A stretch of DNA of 64,000 bases from a virus. Taxonomy: Duplodnaviria; Heunggongvirae; Uroviricota; Caudoviricetes. Position numbers and translations under genes: made by a program. Positions within the stretch are counted from its first letter, which is position 1; the number at the start of each line of letters is the position of its first letter. The notes beneath the pieces were generated by a model. That model was not told where the DNA came from and made no database searches. It was given only the letters and a program-made list of their open reading frames with translations. The stretch is from positions 173,858 through 237,857 of IMG/VR virus record IMGVR_UViG_3300028048_001412; one strand, given 5' to 3'. This document shows positions 1 to 6,008 of this stretch, in pieces.

Positions 1-77
1 ATATCACGTAATTGTAGAATAATATGGTAATTCACTTAGAAATAAGAGATGATGGTTCAATTCCATTCAATAGATAT
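1..77 (+). ncRNA. tRNA-like element with GAAA tetraloop in place of the anticodon loop
   Basis: D arm GAAT-AATATGGTA-ATTC, CTTA-GAAA-TAAG, T arm GATGG-TTCAATT-CCATT, irregular acceptor; may be cut by the window edge. Confidence 0.55.
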
Positions 78-89
78 TTATTATAATAT

Positions 90-162
90 AGTCCTTTAAC
101 TCATTGGGCAGAGTGTCTCTCTTACAAAGAGAAAGCAATTGGTTCGATTCCAATAAGGACTA
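90..162 (+). tRNA. tRNA-Val(TAC)
   Basis: Acceptor AGTCCTT/AAGGACT, anticodon arm TCTCT-CTTACAA-AGAGA, T loop TTCGATT; no encoded CCA. Confidence 0.95.
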
Positions 163-165
163 CAA

Positions 166-343
166 TATCCGACGGGATAGACAAGAGGTTCGAAACTCTC
201 GGAAGATTAAAAGGTTTTCTAATAAAGATATGAAAGTAAGATTATAATATGTCTTATGAAATCAGGAAAAGTTAGATGTAAAGCAAACACTGGGAGAAGT
301 GACATAATCCCTTGGCAGTGCTCCCGAATCAAAATCTTTTAAT
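166..343 (+). ncRNA. unidentified structured RNA between tRNA-Val and tRNA-Leu
   Basis: T-loop hairpin GAGGTTCGAAAC; 13-bp closing helix 206-218/331-343; possible pseudoknot CACTG/CAGTG with GGAG/CTCC. Confidence 0.45.
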
Positions 344-352
344 AAGCAATAA

Positions 353-426
353 GCTCTCGTGATGGAATAGGAATACATGCTTCTCTCAAAAAGAAGATTT
401 TAAGAGTTCAAATCTCTTCGAGAGTA
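353..426 (+). tRNA. tRNA-Leu(CAA), short variable loop
   Basis: GCTCTCG/CGAGAGT acceptor, CTTCT-CTCAAAA-AGAAG anticodon arm, 5-nt variable loop, T loop TTCAAAT. Confidence 0.9.
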
Positions 427-440
427 TCTTTATAAATTAC

Positions 441-520
441 GCCCTTATGATGAAATTGGTATACATATGGGACTTAAAATCCCAGGCGAAAGCATATCGG
501 TTCGAGTCCGATTAAGGGCA
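441..520 (+). tRNA. tRNA-Leu(TAA)
   Basis: GCCCTTA/TAAGGGC acceptor, TGGGA-CTTAAAA-TCCCA, long variable arm with GAAA loop. Confidence 0.95.
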
Positions 521-538
521 TTAATTCAATGCAAAAGT

Positions 539-642
539 AATGATGAAACGGAGTGTAATGCAATACGTAAGGTGTGGATAATATTCAGAAGTAATTCCAC
601 TGAGTCACTCATCATTTTGTAGGTAATCCACATTAAAACCTA
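539..642 (+). ncRNA. unidentified structured RNA
   Basis: AATGAT/ATCATT and GAGTG/CACTC stems; hairpin TAGGT/ACCTA whose loop complements 571-579. Confidence 0.4.
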
Positions 643-662
643 TATTGAATTTTATAAATTAT

Positions 663-734
663 TCCTCTATGTTGTAATGGTTAGCATACTTGACTGTCTA
701 TCAGGAGATGAGAGTTCGATTCTCTCTAGGGGAG
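663..734 (+). tRNA. tRNA-Asp(GTC)
   Basis: TCCTCTA/TAGGGGA acceptor, CTTGA-CTGTCTA-TCAGG, G discriminator. Confidence 0.93.
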
Positions 735-737
735 CAA

Positions 738-807
738 GCAACCTGATGGTGTATGGATGCACACCGCGTAGAGCGGAGGTAATGGTTAGATTCCATTGAT
801 GGTGGCG
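738..807 (+). ncRNA. tRNA-like element with shortened anticodon arm
   Basis: D arm GTGT-ATGGAT-GCAC, CCGC-GTAGA-GCGG, T arm AATGG-TTAGATT-CCATT, imperfect acceptor. Confidence 0.55.
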
Positions 808-952
808 AAGGTATCTCTTAAATAAAAGAAATGAAGTTTGGTGCAATATTCGCGATAAAAGCCAACGTAGTAAAAGTAAGTGATAAGAGATTAGCTTAAT
901 TAAGTACAAATTAAGTGGTATAAGGCATCTTTAAATTCTTCCTTATACATTT

Positions 953-1027
953 GGTTCTGTAGCTTAGCCCGGTTAAAGCAGTGAGCTGTTAACTCAAAGA
1001 TCCTTGGTTCAAATCCAAGCGGAACCG
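953..1027 (+). tRNA. tRNA-Asn(GTT)
   Basis: GGTTCTG/CGGAACC acceptor, loop CTGTTAA, T loop TTCAAAT. Confidence 0.95.
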
Positions 1028-1053
1028 TAAATATTCTTTATGAATATTAAAAT

Positions 1054-1127
1054 GCACATTTGGAGAAGAGGTCTAACTCGGTGAGCTGCAACCTCACTAT
1101 TCACTCGTTCGAATCGAGTAATGTGCT
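1054..1127 (+). tRNA. tRNA-Cys(GCA)
   Basis: GCACATT/AATGTGC acceptor, GTGAG-CTGCAAC-CTCAC, U discriminator. Confidence 0.95.
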
Positions 1128-1189
1128 TATATAATAAAGTTTTTGCAAATATCAAAATACAAGAAATTAATCTTTATTATTTTTAATAA

Positions 1190-1262
1190 CGGGACATGGC
1201 AGAGTCAGATATGCACTGGATTTGGGATCCAGACCACGCGGAGGCAGAGTCCGCTGTTCCGT
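1190..1262 (+). tRNA. tRNA-Pro(TGG), non-canonical D/T loops
   Basis: CGGGACA/TGTTCCG acceptor, CTGGA-TTTGGGA-TCCAG, T arm GCGGA-GGCAGAG-TCCGC, D loop has AG instead of GG. Confidence 0.85.
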
Positions 1263-1267
1263 CTTAG

Positions 1268-1540
1268 CCAATGTGAAAAGATATATCATTGGGTGCAATT
1301 ATGAGTAGTGTTAGGTAAGGGAGTACAAAAATAATTGTAGAATATTTTATAATATTATTAAAATTGCTTCCCTTATATTTATAGACAAAGTTTAAGGCCT
1401 TAATTACTTATCTATAAATGCAACCCTTAATAATCAAAAATATAAAGGTCCAGATTGATAATGACTGTAGAAGTAGTTATCCATTTTATGAGGTGTTAGA
1501 GCCGCAAACAGGGTGACAAAGCAAGTCCCAACTTAAAATG
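1268..1540 (+). ncRNA. unidentified multi-helix RNA after tRNA-Pro
   Basis: Helices 1268-73/1287-92, 1291-97/1419-26, 1316-23/1368-75, 1378-85/1411-18, 1482-88/1534-40; no ORF. Confidence 0.5.
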
Positions 1541-1618
1541 ATAAGGGTTCTTTGGTATTTTCTTCCTTAACTCCATTTCATTATTATAGATAATGGAGAA
1601 TAGAAAATATTATTATAT

Positions 1619-1703
1619 CGCGGGATAGTGTAATAGTAACATGTCGGGCTCATAACCCGAAGAATCTGAAAAAGTGTTGGTGGTGCAAATCCATCTCCCG
1701 CTA
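1619..1703 (+). tRNA. initiator tRNA-fMet(CAT) with extended variable region
   Basis: C1:U72 mismatch, three consecutive G-C pairs in TCGGG-CTCATAA-CCCGA, T loop TGCAAAT, 18-nt variable region. Confidence 0.88.
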
Positions 1704-1814
1704 CTAAATCATTATTAAAAATTTCCATAGTGAGTCCAGGCACTATGACATCCATTACTTTTTGATAATGATAAAAAGTTTCTAAAAATTCTTCTTCAAA
1801 AAGAAATATAATAT

Positions 1815-1896
1815 TGGTGGGTGGCAGAGTTGGTCGATTGCGCCTGACTGTAGATCAGGATCGAAAGACGCGTGGGTTCGAATCCTACCCCACCAA
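1815..1896 (+). tRNA. tRNA-Tyr(GTA)
   Basis: TGGTGGG/CCCACCA acceptor, CCTGA-CTGTAGA-TCAGG, long variable arm. Confidence 0.95.
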
Positions 1897-2008
1897 CACG
1901 CTTAAGAATAAAGAATATGAAGAATCATAATTAGTCGACGAGTTATGTATTAAAGATTATTTCGAGTAGGTTTTTATTCCATCGCTTTTTTGAAATCCTA
2001 CATTTTAT

Positions 2009-2081
2009 GGATTGTAAGCTAATCTAGTGAAAGCGCCTGGCTGAAGACCAGGAGAGCAACGAGCGTAACGTTGACAATCCA
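2009..2081 (+). tRNA. tRNA-Phe(GAA), non-canonical D/T loops
   Basis: GGATTGT/ACAATCC acceptor, CCTGG-CTGAAGA-CCAGG, T arm CAACG-AGCGTAA-CGTTG, D loop AG. Confidence 0.87.
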
Positions 2082-2087
2082 CTCTTT

Positions 2088-2175
2088 GGACACTTAACCC
2101 TAATTGGTAAGGGAACGGTCCTGAAAACCGTTAGTAATCCGAAAGGATGTGAAGGTTCGAGTCCTTCAGTGTCCG
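2088..2175 (+). tRNA. tRNA-Ser(TGA)
   Basis: GGACACT/AGTGTCC acceptor, loop CCTGAAA (C at position 33), long variable arm, G discriminator. Confidence 0.9.
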
Positions 2176-2190
2176 TAATTAGATGATTTA

Positions 2191-2250
2191 ATAGGTGAGG
2201 TTCGAAGCCCACTTCCCCGATGAAACAAATTATTGTGAGGGGAAACCTAT
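2191..2250 (+). ncRNA. small structured element with T-loop
   Basis: ATAGG/CCTAT, TTCCCC/GGGGAA, GAGGTTCGAAGC T-loop hairpin. Confidence 0.35.
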
Positions 2251-2329
2251 ATTTCAGAGGATATTAAATTAACGGATAATTCTAGAAATATCTGTTGTAA
2301 TCGCAAAAGATGAGTTATCTAATTTTTAA

Positions 2330-2414
2330 GGGGAATTGTGTGAGTGGTTGAAACAGTTCGTCTACTAAACGAATAAGCAGAAATGCTTCAAAGGTTCGAA
2401 TCCTTTATTCCTCG
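2330..2414 (+). tRNA. tRNA-Ser(ACT)
   Basis: GGGGAAT/ATTCCTC acceptor, TTCGT-CTACTAA-ACGAA, long variable arm AAGCA-GAAA-TGCTT, G discriminator. Confidence 0.9.
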
Positions 2415-2448
2415 TTTTGATAAAAGTATAATTTTATAAGAGGAAAAT

Positions 2449-2766
2449 ATGGCTAAAAACTCTCATTTAAAAATCGCAAATGATAAAATAAAAGAACTTA
2501 AATTAAAGACTAGAAGATTTTTAGATGAAGGTAAATATAACGAAGAAAAAGATTACGGAAAGATATATGGAAATATAAAAGATAAATGTTATAATTGCAG
2601 TTGGGTAAGTATTCTCTTTGATAAAAAGAATTGTAGATTTATTCCTTATTGTAAATTTCCGGGACATAAAGGAAGACTTGTAAATGTAGATTATAATAAA
2701 TGGAATACAACTTATGATGAAAGAGAACGAATATTTTTATCGAAAGTATTAAAGAAAGATTGTTAA
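2449..2766 (+). CDS. hypothetical Cys-containing protein inside tRNA cluster
   Basis: 105-aa ORF, RBS GAGG, upstream GTATAAT. Confidence 0.75.
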   Translation: MAKNSHLKIANDKIKELKLKTRRFLDEGKYNEEKDYGKIYGNIKDKCYNCSWVSILFDKKNCRFIPYCKFPGHKGRLVNVDYNKWNTTYDERERIFLSKVLKKDC

Positions 2767-2772
2767 ATATAT

Positions 2773-2844
2773 GTATCTATAGTATAATGGATAGTACAGA
2801 AGCCTTCTAAGCTTCCAGTCAAAGTTCGAATCTTTGTAGATACG
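2773..2844 (+). tRNA. tRNA-Arg(TCT)
   Basis: GTATCTA/TAGATAC acceptor, GAAGC-CTTCTAA-GCTTC. Confidence 0.95.
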
Positions 2845-2846
2845 CT

Positions 2847-2922
2847 TGCGGTTGAGTGAAACGGATTTATCACGCTGTCCTCATAAGTCAGAGATACCAT
2901 GGTTCGACTCCTGGAACCGCAC
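2847..2922 (+). tRNA. tRNA-Met(CAT), probably elongator
   Basis: TGCGGTT/AACCGCA acceptor, loop CTCATAA, bulged T stem. Confidence 0.8.
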
Positions 2923-2968
2923 TTATAAAAACTTTGAGAATAGCTGTAAATATTCTCTAAACAAATGT

Positions 2969-3086
2969 TCAATCTTTATTACAGTAAGGGTTGAGATAAT
3001 AAGTTTATTTATAGAAACGCTAACAGACGCCTATAAGAGTTCCTCGGCGAGAGTCGGTGGAAAGCTCCAGTGAAGTTCTTATTATC
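2969..3086 (+). ncRNA. unidentified structured RNA
   Basis: 9-bp closing helix 2995-3003/3078-3086, TATAG/CTATA, TCGGC-GAGA-GTCGG GNRA hairpin. Confidence 0.45.
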
Positions 3087-3091
3087 ATTTT

Positions 3092-3162
3092 GCTCTTATA
3101 GCTCAATGGTAGAGCCTCGGCTTTGTAACCCGATGATATCTGTTCAATTCAGATTAAGAGCT
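3092..3162 (+). tRNA. tRNA-Thr(TGT)
   Basis: GCTCTTA/TAAGAGC acceptor, loop TTTGTAA. Confidence 0.93.
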
Positions 3163-3167
3163 TTTAT

Positions 3168-3241
3168 GAAGCTATAACTCAATCTGGAAGAGTCCGCGAC
3201 TTTTAATCGCGTGGTTGCGAGTTCGAGCCTCGCTAGCTTCA
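3168..3241 (+). tRNA. tRNA-Lys(TTT)
   Basis: GAAGCTA/TAGCTTC acceptor, CGCGA-CTTTTAA-TCGCG. Confidence 0.95.
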
Positions 3242-3245
3242 CTTC

Positions 3246-3322
3246 GGAGACATAGCTCAGTCAGGTCTTAGAGCATCCGGCTCATAACCGGGCGGTCCAA
3301 GGTTCAAATCCTTGTGTCTCCA
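3246..3322 (+). tRNA. tRNA(CAT), Ile2-like (lysidine type)
   Basis: GGAGACA/TGTCTCC acceptor, TCCGG-CTCATAA-CCGGG; resembles Firmicute tRNA-Ile2; Ile2 versus Met assignment is inference. Confidence 0.8.
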
Positions 3323-3334
3323 TTTAAAATATAT

Positions 3335-3407
3335 AGGTCTATGGTGTAATCGGGTAGCATTATGGTCTCCAAAACCACAGGTGAGAGTTCAAATCTTTCT
3401 AGACCTG
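3335..3407 (+). tRNA. tRNA-Trp(CCA)
   Basis: AGGTCTA/TAGACCT acceptor, loop CTCCAAA. Confidence 0.95.
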
Positions 3408-3416
3408 TTTATATAT

Positions 3417-3493
3417 AAAGGTGTAGCTTAATTTGTTAAAGCATTTGTCTCTTAAACAAAAGGATAAGAGTTAGAGTCTCTTCACCTTTACCA
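3417..3493 (+). tRNA. tRNA-Lys(CTT), CCA encoded
   Basis: AAAGGTG/CACCTTT acceptor, TTTGT-CTCTTAA-ACAAA, T loop TTAGAGT, ends ACCA. Confidence 0.92.
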
Positions 3494-3498
3494 AATAT

Positions 3499-3570
3499 GC
3501 GGATGTAAGCTAATGGTTAAACGACATCTCTGATAAGGATGTTATAGTAGTTCGATTCTACTCATCCGTA
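3499..3570 (+). tRNA. tRNA-Ile(GAT)
   Basis: GCGGATG/CATCCGT acceptor, CATCT-CTGATAA-GGATG; weak D stem. Confidence 0.88.
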
Positions 3571-3604
3571 CTAAAATTAATAAATAAAAAGTATAATATA
3601 TAAT

Positions 3605-3871
3605 ATGAAAATAAGAAAAGAAACAATTGAATATTCAAATAAGATATTGGATAATATTTCTAAAAATGAAGAAATATTAAATAAGAAATTTATAATTTAT
3701 GTTCAGAACAAAGGACAAGAAAAATTATATGTATTATTTAATGAAGATAATAATGAATATAAATTAGTAAATGATAAATCAATAATTATTCCTATAAGTT
3801 GTATTCATTCTATTTATATTACTAATGAATTATTAGGAAAATATGATATTATAGGAAGAGAGTCGATTTAA
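3605..3871 (+). CDS. hypothetical protein
   Basis: 88-aa ORF between tRNAs, upstream GTATAAT. Confidence 0.7.
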   Translation: MKIRKETIEYSNKILDNISKNEEILNKKFIIYVQNKGQEKLYVLFNEDNNEYKLVNDKSIIIPISCIHSIYITNELLGKYDIIGRESI

Positions 3872-3874
3872 TAT

Positions 3875-3945
3875 AGCGGATTGGTGTAGTGGTAGCACAA
3901 GCGACTTTGACTCGCTTAGGAGAAGTTCAAATCTTCTATCCGTTG
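3875..3945 (+). tRNA. tRNA-Gln(TTG)
   Basis: AGCGGAT/ATCCGTT acceptor, AGCGA-CTTTGAC-TCGCT. Confidence 0.93.
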
Positions 3946-3947
3946 CT

Positions 3948-4021
3948 GTGGCTGTAGCTTAATTAGGTAAAGCAGTGAGCTGTGACCTCACCATATACCG
4001 GTTCAAGTCCGGCCTGCCACC
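3948..4021 (+). tRNA. tRNA-His(GTG) lacking encoded G-1
   Basis: GTGGCTG/CTGCCAC acceptor, GTGAG-CTGTGAC-CTCAC, C73, base -1 is T. Confidence 0.9.
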
Positions 4022-4212
4022 TTAAAATAATAAAAGTTTAAAAAATTTATATATTTTATAATATAAATATATAAATTTTATGGGTAAGATAGAATTTATA
4101 ATAATTAAACATATTATTATAATTATTATAATTCGTGGGAGTTTATGAAACTGGTTCTTACCCAACTGGTTTATAAAACTCTCATATTTTTTATAAGAAA
4201 GGGTAAGTTCTT

Positions 4213-5145
4213 ATGGAAAAGATAAAAGAACATAAATTAGTATGTGAATGTGGAAGAACTTTCAAAAACTCTCAAGCTCTTTTTGGACATTATAGTCATT
4301 GTGAAAAACATTTAGGCCACAAACCAATAAAAAGAAATTTTTTAGCAGAATGGGCTAAAAATCATAAAGGTAAAAATAAAAAATATAAAGATAAAAATTA
4401 TAATGAATCTGGAAATTGTCGATATTGTGGTAAAGAATGTAAAAATCAAAATTCTTTAAAACAACACGAAATAAGATGTAAAGAAAATCCGAATAGAATT
4501 ATAATAATAAATAAAGGAAATACTATAAGTCATACTGCTTGGAATAAAGGATTGACAAAAGAAACTGATGAAAGAGTAAAAAAGAATGGAGAAACTCTAT
4601 CTAAAAGAATAAAAGAAGGAAAAACGACCCCTTCTTTTAAAGGAAAACATCATAGTAAATCAACAAGGGATTGTATGTCCAATAAAGCAAAAGAAGGAAT
4701 AAAGAATGGAACTCATTATGTGTGGCAAATAAGGAACGGACATTCTTACCCAGAGAAATTATTTATAGAAATGCTTAAAGATAAATTTAATTATATAGAA
4801 AATATAAATTATGAAACTGAGTATAAAATAAATACTAAATTTGCTGATTTTTATTTTAAGAATTTAAATTTAATAATTGAAATAGACGGAACTCAGCATT
4901 ATAAAACCAAAAATGATATTTATAGTGATATAAAACGAGATAACTTATTTAAGAAAGAAAAATACAATATAATAAGAATACCTTGGGATAATTATAAAAA
5001 GAATACGGATTTTTGGATAGGTTTTATAAATAAGATATTTTCTAATGATAATTTAATTGAATTATGCAGAATAAATAGAAAATTCATTGAACATAAAAGA
5101 AAATTAACATTTAATAAAATAAATATAATAAAAACAACAGGATAA
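4213..5145 (+). CDS. free-standing homing endonuclease (Zn fingers, NUMOD-like repeats, DUF559/PD-(D/E)xK-like C-terminus)
   Basis: CECGRTF..HYSHC, AWNKGLTKETDERV, FKGKHHS, ADFY..LIIEIDG.QH motifs. Confidence 0.8.
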   Translation: MEKIKEHKLVCECGRTFKNSQALFGHYSHCEKHLGHKPIKRNFLAEWAKNHKGKNKKYKDKNYNESGNCRYCGKECKNQNSLKQHEIRCKENPNRIIIINKGNTISHTAWNKGLTKETDERVKKNGETLSKRIKEGKTTPSFKGKHHSKSTRDCMSNKAKEGIKNGTHYVWQIRNGHSYPEKLFIEMLKDKFNYIENINYETEYKINTKFADFYFKNLNLIIEIDGTQHYKTKNDIYSDIKRDNLFKKEKYNIIRIPWDNYKKNTDFWIGFINKIFSNDNLIELCRINRKFIEHKRKLTFNKINIIKTTG

Positions 5146-5156
5146 GATAACGTAAC

Positions 5157-5181
5157 GTGAGTTCAAGTCTCATCTGGCACC
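5157..5181 (+). pseudogene. 3' tRNA fragment (T arm plus acceptor 3' strand, His-like)
   Basis: GTGAG-TTCAAGT-CTCAT followed by CTGGCAC-C; tRNA-His ends CTGCCAC-C; no matching 5' half seen nearby. Confidence 0.6.
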
Positions 5182-5207
5182 TTATAAATAATTGGAGGAA
5201 TTATTTT

Positions 5208-5978
5208 ATGAATGAAAAAATGAAAAGAGAAGTTGAAAAAGCAATTTTAAATAAAGATTGGGGAGAATATTTAAGACAAAATATTTGGAAAGATCATAAC
5301 AATGTTAAAAAATACATTCCTGCCATGGATGAAAATTATATTAAAAATTGCATTAAATGGTTAGATGAATCTCTATGCGGAAAATATATACCAGATAAAG
5401 ATTTAAGAGCTCAATTTAAATCTTTATTTCAAAATGAATTAAGCCATAGAGATACTACTAATAGATTAGAACAAAAATCAATTAATGTAGATAATTTACC
5501 TTCTTTATTAGATGTTCAAATAGAAGAATTTTTAGATACATTAAAAGTAGAGAATTTAAATTTAGATATTTCTTCGAGAAAATATTGTAAATTAAATAAA
5601 GAAGATGTTTTAAAATATTTATCTAAAAAAGGATATTCTAAATATGATTTAGATAAATATGGAAGAAATATTTATTCTACTTTAAATATAGTAGATGCTT
5701 ATTCAAATGATGTAATTTGCCCAGATCAAAACTCATTTAAAAAAGCAATGAATATAAAAGAAGATTCTGTAAATCATCCTTCTCATTATAATAATTCTTC
5801 TATGGAAGCAATAGATGCTATAGAAGCAATGATAGAACCTTATGGAAAAGGAGCAGTGGAAGGATTTTTAGCAGGACAAGTTCTTAAATATATATGGAGA
5901 TTTCCTTTTAAAGAAAATCCAAAAAGAGATTTAGAAAAAGCAAAATGGTATTTAGATAGATTAATCAAAAAATATTAA
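5208..5978 (+). CDS. protein with C-terminal DUF3310 (T7 gp1.7-like nucleotide kinase) domain
   Basis: VNHPSHY...EAIDAI...VLKYIWR..FK..PKRDLEKAKWYL; GGAGG RBS before ATG 5208. Confidence 0.85.
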   Translation: MNEKMKREVEKAILNKDWGEYLRQNIWKDHNNVKKYIPAMDENYIKNCIKWLDESLCGKYIPDKDLRAQFKSLFQNELSHRDTTNRLEQKSINVDNLPSLLDVQIEEFLDTLKVENLNLDISSRKYCKLNKEDVLKYLSKKGYSKYDLDKYGRNIYSTLNIVDAYSNDVICPDQNSFKKAMNIKEDSVNHPSHYNNSSMEAIDAIEAMIEPYGKGAVEGFLAGQVLKYIWRFPFKENPKRDLEKAKWYLDRLIKKY

Positions 5979-6008
5979 AATATATGAAAAATGGAGGATT
6001 AGAATAAT

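Noticed and set aside
1499-1550. Group II intron domain V resemblance (GAGCCG...GGGTTC)
   Set aside because: Spacing too long, pairing imperfect, no other intron domains or RT.
3044-3070. RNase P-like GGAAAGCTCC after a hairpin
   Set aside because: Other conserved RNase P regions are not found in the correct order and the element is too short.
667-3073. ORF-track calls at 667-909, 1567-1755, 2024-2212, 2763-2972 and 2846-3073
   Set aside because: They overlap tRNA genes, lack RBS and have atypical composition; shadow ORFs.
90-4021. HDV-like theta ribozymes at tRNA 3' ends
   Set aside because: No convincing nested double-pseudoknot seen by eye; a descriptor search would be needed to exclude them fully.
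5157-5207. GTG start at 5157 for the DUF3310 protein
   Set aside because: It overlaps the tRNA remnant; a GGAGG RBS supports ATG 5208.
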